Assembly: GCA_964429585.1 (NCBI GenBank) | Contig: CAYSCN010000008.1 | Location: forward strand, 7,530-71,529 | Source of the DNA: an uncultured bacterium | Lineage (GTDB): Bacteria; Desulfobacterota; Deferrimicrobia; J040 | Direction: 5' to 3' | Length of the DNA: 64,000 bases | Shown here: positions 19,445 to 28,334 of the stretch, in pieces | Layout: each line of letters begins with the position of its first letter | Position numbering within the stretch: the first letter of the stretch is position 1 | The notes under the pieces: generated by a model | What the model was told of the DNA's origin: nothing | The model's input: the letters and a program-made list of their open reading frames with translations, nothing else | The model's database searches: none | Program-made: the position numbers and the translations under genes

Positions 19445-20575
19445 TTACCCTAAATGTTTGTAAAGTAAAGCTCCTGCCATTTTGAGCAGAAACATCGGAG
19501 TTTTCCTGAAAACCTTCCTGGCCACCAGACCGGCTCTAGGATAATACTCCTTGAAAGATTCTTCCTTGATGTCGAGCTTGTAGTAGTTTATCGATATCTC
19601 TTCTGTCCCCCAGCCCCTTTTAAACTGCCTCAAACCATCATTGTCGAAGTCTGTAGAACCGAAACAGAAAGTCCTGTATCTGTTTTCTATGGACCACTTT
19701 ATGGCTTCCCACATTACCAGGTTGTTGGGACGCAAATGCAGGTAATTTCTATCCGATGCACCATATCGATAAAGCACATTACCTCCAAAATTGTAAAAAA
19801 TACCACCAGCCACGTTCCTCCCATTTATAGAAGCCAGAACCACAAACCCCAATCCTTTTGAAATTATCTGCTCATACTCGCTTAGAATGAATTTCCAGGG
19901 ATAAGGCGGAAGGTTCTGCACGAGCTTCCTTGTCATACAATAAAGTCGATAAAACTCTCTAAGTGAATCCAGACTCCTGTAAATCCTTGCCTCGACTCCT
20001 TCTTTCTCGGCCTTCTTTATGTTTCGTTTCGTGCTGCTTCTGAAATTTTTTAGGACCTCACCCTCATCTCCGTCGAGCGTGAGCACATGCCTGAAGTAGC
20101 GGGCAGAAGGCTCCCCCCAGCCGCCATGCTCGCCAATCATCTTGAAAAGGACGTATTTCCAATTTCTTCTTCTCCCATGCTCGACTATCTCCCTGTAGAG
20201 CTCTTCAAATTCTGAATCATCGTAAAGGAGCGGTTCGCAATAATCTGCGAATGGAAGCGAGACCCCTCTGAGCCCGGTTACTGGACTGTTGACTTCCATT
20301 ACTGGAAAAACGGATACACCTTCATTCGAACTTAACGTGAAATAGACGGGTTCGTAACCGTAAGTCTTCTTGAGGACTTTTACCCAGTTGGTCGAGTGAA
20401 AAATGGTCGCGTTAGGATGAGCCAATACGAACTCATCCCAACCCGGGTATTCAAGTGGGTTTATTATGTGAATCATCGCATCTTCCTTTTGAATGATATT
20501 ACCTGTTGAAGGTCTCCGGAGAAGGAAAGACGGCGCCCCACGGTAAGGCCTTGTATGACGAGCCTTTTGTCTCAT
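19445..20575 (-). CDS. FemAB-like / GNAT-fold aminoacyl-transferase family protein (polysaccharide-locus associated)
   Basis: Likely true start MIHIINPLEYPGWDEF (~20476). Architecture and motifs (FHSTNWVKVL..., two GNAT-like halves) resemble the FemAB-related proteins found in EPS/exosortase-type loci. Confidence 0.65.
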   Translation of the reverse strand: MRQKARHTRPYRGAPSFLLRRPSTGNIIQKEDAMIHIINPLEYPGWDEFVLAHPNATIFHSTNWVKVLKKTYGYEPVYFTLSSNEGVSVFPVMEVNSPVTGLRGVSLPFADYCEPLLYDDSEFEELYREIVEHGRRRNWKYVLFKMIGEHGGWGEPSARYFRHVLTLDGDEGEVLKNFRSSTKRNIKKAEKEGVEARIYRSLDSLREFYRLYCMTRKLVQNLPPYPWKFILSEYEQIISKGLGFVVLASINGRNVAGGIFYNFGGNVLYRYGASDRNYLHLRPNNLVMWEAIKWSIENRYRTFCFGSTDFDNDGLRQFKRGWGTEEISINYYKLDIKEESFKEYYPRAGLVARKVFRKTPMFLLKMAGALLYKHLG

Positions 20576-21825
20576 TCCGACATCAGGCCGTTTCTGGTCA
20601 TGAGCAAAAGAGCTCCTCTTTTGAGTTTCCTAAAAGCCAGGTTTCTGATTTCCTGAAGCACCCCAACGAAGAAAGGCCCCGGGTCGGAGAGGGAAAAAAT
20701 GGCATAAGCCTTTTTTCCTCTTATGCTTCTCAACCACTGAATAAAATTCAATTCTCCCCGCCTCCAGTAATAATACGACGACCTGAGGTCCTGATAAATG
20801 TGTATCCACTTTACGCCGTTGTATTTCTGCTCCAGGTTTTTCGGGAGAGGTAGCCCCGTCAGGTCACAATACATGGAGTAAAGAAATTCGACTCCACTTT
20901 TTTCCGCCGTTGCGGAGCGACCCGTGGGACGCCCTATATTGGGTTCGATGATGTAATACTTGCCCGTCCTTCTGTCGAATTTCATCTCCAAATAACCGAA
21001 ACCTCTTCCATTTATCAACTCGAACAGACGAATAGTTTCTTGCCTGACCACATCGTTTTCACACTCGACTGCAAGACACGCCTGACCCGTCTTCGGTGGC
21101 CACTGCCTGACTTTTTTGCTGACAAAAGTAACAAGGGGGCGGCCTTCCTTGTCGAAATAACAGTTACACGTGTAATGGTCCGTTTCGTCACCTTCAACGT
21201 ACTGCTGCACTATCATTTGCTCCGCGTAAGGACTGTACTCTCGATACAGGTTCAACAATTCATCCGGGCCTTCTACCTTGAAAGCCTTTTGCTCAGTGAA
21301 CGCGCTCCACTCAGGCGTACGATATGAAGGCTTCAGAAAACATGGATACGAAATATTCCGGGAAATTCTCTCTACATCCTTTATACTCTCGACAAAATGC
21401 GTTTCCGGTATGGGAAGCCCTTTCTCTGCCGCAAACCTGTAAAATCGCACCTTGTCTATCATGGTCACTACCATCTCATGTTCGGGCAGAAGGACGTGAT
21501 AATACTCTTCGAGGCGAGCGCGGTGTCGAGACACTATGAGCACATTCAGGTCATGGCATGGATACAAGACACCTTTCACATCCAGCCCCTTCCCTATCTC
21601 AATGAGAGTGTCTATCAGAGAATCGTCCTCAGTATTCGCGACAACGATTTTCTCGCATACCCGGGTCGTGCAATTGTAATGTCCCCGCACGTTGGAGATT
21701 GCAATCACGGGCACACCACGAGATGCCAGAATGCGAGCCGCCTGGAGGCATTGCATGAACTCGAGGCCGATCAACACAGCCCTGGGTCTGTCCGGCGGAT
21801 GTTTTTTCTTTTTGAGGATATACAT
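20572..21825 (-). CDS. ATP-grasp family ligase (paralog 3 of 3)
   Basis: YPCFLKPSYR, MIVQQYVEGDE, FGYLEMKFDRRTGKYYIIEPNIGRP ATP-grasp motifs. Stop overlaps the FemAB-like gene start. Confidence 0.7.
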   Translation of the reverse strand: MYILKKKKHPPDRPRAVLIGLEFMQCLQAARILASRGVPVIAISNVRGHYNCTTRVCEKIVVANTEDDSLIDTLIEIGKGLDVKGVLYPCHDLNVLIVSRHRARLEEYYHVLLPEHEMVVTMIDKVRFYRFAAEKGLPIPETHFVESIKDVERISRNISYPCFLKPSYRTPEWSAFTEQKAFKVEGPDELLNLYREYSPYAEQMIVQQYVEGDETDHYTCNCYFDKEGRPLVTFVSKKVRQWPPKTGQACLAVECENDVVRQETIRLFELINGRGFGYLEMKFDRRTGKYYIIEPNIGRPTGRSATAEKSGVEFLYSMYCDLTGLPLPKNLEQKYNGVKWIHIYQDLRSSYYYWRRGELNFIQWLRSIRGKKAYAIFSLSDPGPFFVGVLQEIRNLAFRKLKRGALLLMTRNGLMSE

Positions 21826-21854
21826 GATGTAAAGGGAAAAAGGATGAAAAGTCG

Positions 21855-22967
21855 TCAGACAAATGCCAATAATAATCTTTTCACCGCATCAGCGGTGTAT
21901 TCAATTTGCTTGACCGAAATCTCCGGGTATATCGGCAGCGAAACGAACTCTTCCGCGCTGCTTTCCGCAACGGGGAAACTGCCCTTTTCATATCCGAGAA
22001 ACCCGTAAGCATCCTGAAGGTGAATTGGAACGGGATAGTGAATCCCACAATATATCCCTTTCTCCCGAAGAGCTTCTATCAACTGATCCCTCTTCTTCAC
22101 TCTGATGACGTAGAGGTGATATACATGAGTTCCGTAGTCTGCCTCAACTGGCGTGACGATTCCCTCCGCATCACCCAGCAAGTCGTTGTAAAGATCGGCG
22201 ACCACCCTCCGTGATTTGTTGTACTCGTCGAGGTACTTCAGTTTGACTGAAAGAACTGCCGCCTGAATCCCATCCATTCTGCCGTTCCACCCTATGAAGT
22301 CGTGTTTGTATTTACGCGACTGGCCGTGGTCCCTCAGCATCCGAATCTTTCTATCTATCTCCGGATTGTCGGTCACAACGGCACCCGCTTCGCCGTAAGC
22401 ACCCAGATTTTTCCCGGGATAAAAACTGAAACATCCGACATCTCCTATCGAGCCCGCCTTCCTACCCTTGTAAACGGCACCGTGTGATTGGGCGGCATCC
22501 TCGATCACGAATAGACCATATTTCTTCGCTATCTCCATAACGAGGTCCATATCCGCCATCTGACCAAAAAGGTGAACCGGTATTATAGCCTTAGTCCGTT
22601 CGGTGATCATGGCTTCAATCTGTTGCGGATCGATGTTGTAGGTGTCCTCCAGAACATCCACGAATACAGGCTTTGCGCCACAAAACGAAATCGCCTCCGC
22701 CGTGGCAATAAAAGTATTCGGCACTGTTATGACTTCATCCCCTGGCCCAACCCCTATGGCGAGAAGAGCGAGCCACAGAGCTTCCGTCCCGCTGCCGACC
22801 CCAATGGCATATTTGGTTCCACAATACGCCGCAAACTCTTCCTCGAATTTCTCGACAAAAGGCCCTCCTGCAAATGCTGTCTTCTCGAAAACACCTTCGA
22901 GAGCTTCGTTGATTTCTTCTCTGATAGATTCGTACTGTGTCTTTAGATCTAAAAATGGCACTTTCAT
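21855..22967 (-). CDS. DegT/DnrJ/EryC1/StrS-family PLP-dependent sugar aminotransferase (WbpE-like)
   Basis: MKVPFLDLKTQYESIREEI...; conserved PLP-binding region; family-typical length (370 aa). Confidence 0.9.
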   Translation of the reverse strand: MKVPFLDLKTQYESIREEINEALEGVFEKTAFAGGPFVEKFEEEFAAYCGTKYAIGVGSGTEALWLALLAIGVGPGDEVITVPNTFIATAEAISFCGAKPVFVDVLEDTYNIDPQQIEAMITERTKAIIPVHLFGQMADMDLVMEIAKKYGLFVIEDAAQSHGAVYKGRKAGSIGDVGCFSFYPGKNLGAYGEAGAVVTDNPEIDRKIRMLRDHGQSRKYKHDFIGWNGRMDGIQAAVLSVKLKYLDEYNKSRRVVADLYNDLLGDAEGIVTPVEADYGTHVYHLYVIRVKKRDQLIEALREKGIYCGIHYPVPIHLQDAYGFLGYEKGSFPVAESSAEEFVSLPIYPEISVKQIEYTADAVKRLLLAFV

Positions 22968-23521
22968 TTTTTCACCTCGTCTAGTTTTCTGAGTACTCTG
23001 GCCGGATTTCCCACGACAACAGTTCGGGGTGGCACGTCTCTCGTAACCACGCTGCCGGCTCCCACAATCGCGCCCTCACCTATTGTCACCCCGGCCAGTA
23101 TGGTTGCGCTCGAACCGATGGAAGCGCCCTTTTTCACGACGGTAGGGATACACACCCAATCTTCCTCGGTTTGGAGCTTTCCATCCTCTGTCGTGGCCCT
23201 CGGATAGAGATCGTTTATGAAAGTGACGTTGTGACCAACAAATACACCGTCTTCGATCTTTACGCCCTCGCATATGAACGTGTGGCTCGAGATCTTGCAG
23301 TTTTTCCCGATGCATGCGTTTTTCTGTATTTCCACGAAGGTGCCGATCTTGGTGTTGTCGCCTATCTCACACCCATATAGATTGACAAATGCGTAAATTT
23401 TCACGTTTTCTCCGAGTTTTACATCGGGCGCAATACGGCACGTGTTCATAACATCCTGAGCCATGGGTTCCCCCTGTTTCTGTTGTTTTTGTGATATCAA
23501 ACTTAGATATTCATCTGACAA
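22964..23521 (-). CDS. Hexapeptide-repeat (left-handed beta-helix) sugar N-acetyltransferase (WbpD/PglD-like)
   Basis: Tandem [LIV]G hexapeptide repeats (IGDNTKIGTFVEI..IGKNCKIS..VFVGHNVTF..IGSSATILAGVTIGEGAIVGAGSVV). Start probably at MAQDV. Overlaps both neighbouring genes. Confidence 0.85.
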   Translation of the reverse strand: MSDEYLSLISQKQQKQGEPMAQDVMNTCRIAPDVKLGENVKIYAFVNLYGCEIGDNTKIGTFVEIQKNACIGKNCKISSHTFICEGVKIEDGVFVGHNVTFINDLYPRATTEDGKLQTEEDWVCIPTVVKKGASIGSSATILAGVTIGEGAIVGAGSVVTRDVPPRTVVVGNPARVLRKLDEVKK

Positions 23522-24554
23522 AAGCCAATTTGTTGGGAAGGAGTTCTACTCTAGAGCCGCCGCTTTTCAGAGATATGGTTGCCGCTTCCAGAATTCTAAC
23601 AACCTCCATTCCCTCATAACCGCTTGTAATTGGCCTCTGTCTCTTTTCGATACACTCCAGAAAGTGTCCTGTCTCGACCTTCAAGGGCTCGATCTGTTTT
23701 ACGTAGGGAATGTACATGTCGCCGTAATGGTAAGAATAATGAAATTCAGCGAAAGTATCGTAGTGCGGCGGTCTCTCGACCCTTTTGTCGTAAATTTTTA
23801 TCTTTTCGAGAGGCTCCGTATCATTGTAAACTAGCATTCTTTTACTTCCCACGAAGACCATCTCCCTGACCTTATTCGGATCAAGCCAGCTGCTGTGCAC
23901 CGTTGCGAATCCTCCATTCGGGAAGTCGATCGTCATGTTGGTGACATCTTCGATTCCCTTCGTAATGTGTGCCTTCCCCTGACAGTTGACCGTTTTGGGC
24001 GGGATGTTGAGAATGTACAGAATTATTGAAATGCAATGCGGCGCGAGGTCCCACGTGACGTTGATGTCCTCCTGGAAAAGACCGAGATTGAGCCTCCTGG
24101 AGCTGACATAGTAGATCTCCCCCAGGTCTCCAGATTCGACTATCTCCTTGATTCTCCTGACAGGAGCAGAATATATGAATGTGTGCCCCACCATCAAAAC
24201 GAGGTTTCTGTCCTCGGCAACCTCAACCATCTCCTCGCACTCTTTCACCGAGCGGGCCATCGGTTTTTCCACGAAGGTATGTTTTCCGGCGTGGAGGGCC
24301 TTCATGGCAATCTCATGATGGGTCCTGACAGGCGTTGCAATGGCCACCGCATCCACTTCCGGATCTCCAGTAACGTCATCGACGTTTTTCGTGGTCTTCA
24401 CTTCGGGGTAAAGTTTCTTGATATAAGCAAGCCTCTCCTCGCTCAAATCACAGACCCACTTGACTTCACAGTTGTCATGGAACCTGAAATTCCTCGTAAG
24501 ATTGGGACCCCAGTAACCGCACCCGATGACGCCTACTTTAATAATTTTCGACAT
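23511..24554 (-). CDS. Gfo/Idh/MocA-family NAD-dependent sugar-nucleotide oxidoreductase (WbpB-like)
   Basis: N-terminal Rossmann KVGVIGCGYWGPNLTRNF; Gfo/Idh/MocA fold. Confidence 0.85.
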   Translation of the reverse strand: MSKIIKVGVIGCGYWGPNLTRNFRFHDNCEVKWVCDLSEERLAYIKKLYPEVKTTKNVDDVTGDPEVDAVAIATPVRTHHEIAMKALHAGKHTFVEKPMARSVKECEEMVEVAEDRNLVLMVGHTFIYSAPVRRIKEIVESGDLGEIYYVSSRRLNLGLFQEDINVTWDLAPHCISIILYILNIPPKTVNCQGKAHITKGIEDVTNMTIDFPNGGFATVHSSWLDPNKVREMVFVGSKRMLVYNDTEPLEKIKIYDKRVERPPHYDTFAEFHYSYHYGDMYIPYVKQIEPLKVETGHFLECIEKRQRPITSGYEGMEVVRILEAATISLKSGGSRVELLPNKLAFVR

Positions 24555-25662
24555 ATTCCCTCCTTCTCCTGGATCGAATCTTCCCCGTGGCTTGTTCCAT
24601 CAATACAGGAAATGTTTTTAGCATTATGAAAAAATCCCTGACCATCGATATTTTCGCGCCATATCTTATGTCCAGCCTTATCATTTCTTTGAATGTGGTT
24701 TTGTTTTTCCCGTTCACCTGCCACAACCCGGTCAGCCCTGGAACCATCTCCACCCTTTTCTTCTGCCACTGGTCGAACTCCTCGAACTCGTAGGGAATGC
24801 ACGGCCTCGGTCCCACAAGGCTCATCTCCCCTCTGAGCACATTTATCAACTGAGGCAACTCGTCTATACCCAGCTTTCTCACGATTCCGCACAGCGGAAT
24901 CACCCTTTCATCCTTTTTCTCGTCCAGCTTTTCCATCGGTTTTTCGCTCTTTATCAATGTTCTCAGATACTCTTTGTGAACTTCCTGAGGAGCACCGATG
25001 TGCATGGTTCTGAGCTTGTACATGGTGAAAATTTCTCCCATGTATCCCACCCTTTCCTGCTTAAAAATCACAGGCCCCGGTGAGACCATGCGCAGATACA
25101 GGGCGTATAACAGGAAAAAGGGAAACAAGACTGACATCACAACGAGGGAAACAAAAACATCTATTGCCCTTTTCCAGAAAGGCAACGGAGACGATGTGAA
25201 CCTGGAGAAAACCCCTCCACTTTTTCTTTTCAGAGATGGAAGGTGAAATGGCTTTCTCCTGTCCCTCATGTCAGTGGTGTTCCACCATCTATCTGGATAT
25301 GAGTAAAGCCGATATCCGATCCTTATGTCCTTCTGCGAACAAAACTCCGTTATGCTGCTCAACAGGTTCCAGGCTCCATCCACCGGTGTGTGAGGAAGTA
25401 GGAGCCCTATTATGGTGCCCTCTTCCATGAACCCAAGTTCGTCTGTAACCCTCATCCTTTCCCTCAAATACTTGATTAGTTCGGACGCTTTTTTCTCCTC
25501 CTGGCCATCCTCTGGGATTATTTCGATCAGCGAAAAAGGCAACCCCGTCCTATCCGATCTCTCTCTCTCCTTCAACAGTGCCTTATGGAACTCTTCCTCG
25601 CTCAGGATTCCGTCAACGCACTTTCCATTCTTTTTTGTGACCTCGATTATAGAAGAAAACAC
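24538..25662 (-). CDS. Polyprenyl-phosphate sugar-1-phosphate transferase (bacterial sugar transferase, WbaP/PglC/EpsL-like) with N-terminal cytoplasmic degenerate GGDEF-like domain
   Basis: C-terminal Bac_transf motifs: SPGPVIFKQERVGYMGEIFTMYKLRTM, DELPQLINVLRGEMSLVGPRP, GLTGLWQVNG. Single TM (IDVFVSLVVMSVLFPFFLLYALYL). N-terminal ~150 aa align to a GGDEF fold with an RxxD I-site-like motif (RVTD) but EEGTI in place of GG(D/E)EF. GTG start with GAGGAGG RBS. Confidence 0.8.
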   Translation of the reverse strand: MFSSIIEVTKKNGKCVDGILSEEEFHKALLKERERSDRTGLPFSLIEIIPEDGQEEKKASELIKYLRERMRVTDELGFMEEGTIIGLLLPHTPVDGAWNLLSSITEFCSQKDIRIGYRLYSYPDRWWNTTDMRDRRKPFHLPSLKRKSGGVFSRFTSSPLPFWKRAIDVFVSLVVMSVLFPFFLLYALYLRMVSPGPVIFKQERVGYMGEIFTMYKLRTMHIGAPQEVHKEYLRTLIKSEKPMEKLDEKKDERVIPLCGIVRKLGIDELPQLINVLRGEMSLVGPRPCIPYEFEEFDQWQKKRVEMVPGLTGLWQVNGKNKTTFKEMIRLDIRYGAKISMVRDFFIMLKTFPVLMEQATGKIRSRRRREYVENY

Positions 25663-25739
25663 TGAACCACCTCCTCAAAAGGAATTGCTGAGCTGATTTC
25701 TTATATTTTTTTTATGAAAAAATCCTATTTATCTTTCAA

Positions 25740-25754
25740 ACAATTTACATGCCA
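25740..25754 (-). promoter_or_regulatory. Second copy of the 15-mer; sigma54-type element TGGCATGTAAATTGT (GG-N10-GT) ~75 nt upstream of the priming transferase gene
   Basis: ACAATTTACATGCCA on + strand is identical to 5585-5599 apart from one flanking base. Located in the 296-bp intergenic region between the OMP and PGT genes. Confidence 0.4.
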
Positions 25755-25958
25755 CAAGGTATTACGTCTCTTTACGGATAACCTTCTGTTTTTTTGTCGT
25801 TCTCGGGTTAGGTTCGATGAGCTCTTGGAATAGACGGTAATTTATAGAATTATCTAATTAAAATGGGGAAAAATTTGCTCAGCAGAAATAATTATTTTAC
25901 TTTTATTGGAACTGATAAAGGCCTCGTTGCCAGTTGGTGGGTCTCGATTTCCACAGCA

Positions 25959-27125
25959 TCAATATGTCTTCATTAGCACAAACCCAATGGCCACGCTGTT
26001 GATAGTTATGTCGCTCCCTATGTCCGTTTTAGCGTCCTGCTCCGATCTGACTCCTGAGATGAAAACTGATAGGGTCTTCATGAGCATGTATTCAACTCTG
26101 ACGTTGAAATACGTCAAAAGCAGGTCCTCGGTACTGTCCAGCGACCTGTGCTTCCTCAAACTGCCTCTCATGAGAAAGGATACCTTCCTGGAAATCCACT
26201 TGTAAGTGGCTGCAAACCCATCCGTCTTTGTTGTCCTCCCGAAGATTCCTCCCCCAGAGAAATAACGCCACGCTGAAACTCTGAGAAAACTCTTTTCTGA
26301 AGGTGTGATTTCCGTGGCAATACTCCCTGAAAACTCCGTGGTCGACTTGTTGCTCTCCTCAAGCAATCTCGTAACTCCAGTGGTCAGTATATAGGTAACC
26401 GAAGGTGAATACATATAATTCAAGAATAATGAGGCCGTGTAAGTGTCGGTGTCGATTCCATCGTCGTAATCGGTTGTGGAGTACCCGAACGACAGTCCTT
26501 CCTTGAACCTTTCCGTTCCGGAATACGTAACCCTGCCAGAAAAACTTTGCGTCTTTGAATCCGATACCCCTACATCTTCACTGTATTGAAGTGTCGTATA
26601 CATCCCCGTTGCAAACAGTGTCAATCTCGGTGACATTTTGAAAGTAATCGACGACTCACCAGAAAGAGTGTAGTGGTCGCTCCGCCTGGTGATTTCGGTC
26701 TGACTCCCCGTGGCGCTCTCCAGGGGAACTGTTTCGGAAATCCCAAGGCCAGGTGTGAAAACGTAGGTCGTCTTGAACGAAGCGCCGAGTCTGTCCGTGA
26801 AATCCCTGTCATATCTAACGGATACGTCACTTGAATTGGCTACTCCGTTTAGATGTTCATTTTTCGTGTAGTATTCCCCCGTTACCGAACCCACCAAATA
26901 TAGAGCGTCTCTTTTTCCTGTAACGTCCACTCGTAGTACGGGCTTGACCACTGTAAACACGTCTTCTTTTCCCGGATTTCTTTCGCTTTCTATGTTGTCC
27001 GACCAGTTCAAACTCACCGAAATCGATGGTGTTATCTTCGAGTCATATGAAACAGCCGAACCCACGTTGAAGAAAACGAGAAAAAACACCCCAACCAAAC
27101 AAAAAGTTACTTTTTTTCTGACCAA
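25959..27125 (-). CDS. Outer-membrane beta-barrel protein of the polysaccharide locus
   Basis: Signal peptide. Alternating hydrophobic beta-strand pattern throughout. C-terminal ...GFVLMKTY ending in aromatic residue (OMP signature). Confidence 0.6.
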   Translation of the reverse strand: MVRKKVTFCLVGVFFLVFFNVGSAVSYDSKITPSISVSLNWSDNIESERNPGKEDVFTVVKPVLRVDVTGKRDALYLVGSVTGEYYTKNEHLNGVANSSDVSVRYDRDFTDRLGASFKTTYVFTPGLGISETVPLESATGSQTEITRRSDHYTLSGESSITFKMSPRLTLFATGMYTTLQYSEDVGVSDSKTQSFSGRVTYSGTERFKEGLSFGYSTTDYDDGIDTDTYTASLFLNYMYSPSVTYILTTGVTRLLEESNKSTTEFSGSIATEITPSEKSFLRVSAWRYFSGGGIFGRTTKTDGFAATYKWISRKVSFLMRGSLRKHRSLDSTEDLLLTYFNVRVEYMLMKTLSVFISGVRSEQDAKTDIGSDITINSVAIGFVLMKTY

Positions 27126-27138
27126 TTTGGAATCCTTT

Positions 27139-27828
27139 TCACGGAATTATTATTATATCGCCCGGCTTGAGGTAGACGTTCTGACTCAACTCACGAGACT
27201 TTACAATTTTGTAGTAATCGATATCCATTTTCTTTTGATACGATCCATTCGACCGGATTAGAACTATTTTTGACGGAGACGCAAACACCGTGAACCCCCC
27301 CGCCATAGAAATCGCCTGAAGGAGGGAAATTTTTTCTTTAAGAATATACATCCCAGGCTTGGCCACCTCACCCATGATGTAAAACTTAGGATAGTTGACC
27401 TCCTTGACCACCACAGTGACAACGGGTTCAATGATGAACTCCTTCAATCTTACTTCTATCAACTTTCGAAGCTCCTCGGTTGTAAATCCGGATGCGGTTA
27501 CGTCCTGAATGAGCGGAAGGGAAATCTTACCATCAGGCCTGACTGTAACATCCTGAGTCAACTCTTCATTGTTCCAGACAGAAATGTGAAGTACGTCGCC
27601 AGGGCTGATTCTGTAAGGTTCGGTGTCATCGGAATTACCAGCACCGCTTCTTTCAATCATAGCACGTTTCCCTTTTTCCTTAGCAGAAACCGGCTCTTTT
27701 TGTATGGGCGTTGTCACACGACAGGCGGCCAGCACCATAAACCCCGCCACGATGAACACGATTTTCATAAAAAATTTCCCTTTGTAGCTTTTCATCCTTA
27801 CTCCCTTCGCCCCCGACCGTGGAAACAA
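27139..27828 (-). CDS. Polysaccharide export protein, small Wza/EpsA-like periplasmic lipoprotein (Poly_export + SLBB)
   Basis: Lipobox ...FMVLAAC. YRISPGDVLHISVW Poly_export motif. PGDIIIIP C-terminal SLBB-like. Likely start MKIVFIVAGF (~27768). Confidence 0.8.
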   Translation of the reverse strand: MFPRSGAKGVRMKSYKGKFFMKIVFIVAGFMVLAACRVTTPIQKEPVSAKEKGKRAMIERSGAGNSDDTEPYRISPGDVLHISVWNNEELTQDVTVRPDGKISLPLIQDVTASGFTTEELRKLIEVRLKEFIIEPVVTVVVKEVNYPKFYIMGEVAKPGMYILKEKISLLQAISMAGGFTVFASPSKIVLIRSNGSYQKKMDIDYYKIVKSRELSQNVYLKPGDIIIIP

Positions 27829-28317
27829 TCAGAGGTAATATTTTGGAATGTTCAGCTTGATGTTGGCGGAAACGCTATTCAGAAGAAGCGTTACCCTCTC
27901 ATCTCCAGAGAGATACCCTTCAAAAACGACCTCTAGATCCTTGAACATCCCTCTTTTTATTGCGATCCTCTCATTTCTGGTGAACCTTCGTTTCTTGTTA
28001 ACCATGTGTATGAACCCGTCTCTTTCCCTGTCTCTTATATGCTTTACTATCTCAGGTTCCACCTCGACAGGTCCCGAGCCGAAGTCTATGAACCCACCAA
28101 CTCCCCTTGTGTACTTGATTTTGTGATAATTTTTCTCAAGTTCTGTCTCTACAAAAATGTATCTCGGAAACAACGGTTCAATAACCGTGAAAACGGCGTT
28201 TCTACGTATCGTGGTTTTCTTCAAAAGCGGGAGATAACAATTAATCTTTCCCTCAGTGAGGTTCTTCACAACTTTCAGCTCTTCCTTGGGCTTTGTGAAA
28301 ACAAGATAATAGGGCAT
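27829..28317 (-). CDS. NusG-paralog, RfaH/UpxY-like operon-specific transcription antiterminator
   Basis: NGN domain YYLVFTKPKEELKVVKNLTEGKINCYLPLL...VIEPLFPRYIFVE closely parallels RfaH (WYLLYC...VNCLAPMI...SEPLFPNYLFVE). C-terminal KOW-like region. GGAGGA RBS. First gene of the long minus-strand operon. Confidence 0.8.
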   Translation of the reverse strand: MPYYLVFTKPKEELKVVKNLTEGKINCYLPLLKKTTIRRNAVFTVIEPLFPRYIFVETELEKNYHKIKYTRGVGGFIDFGSGPVEVEPEIVKHIRDRERDGFIHMVNKKRRFTRNERIAIKRGMFKDLEVVFEGYLSGDERVTLLLNSVSANIKLNIPKYYL

Positions 28318-28334
28318 GTGCTTCCTCCAATTTA

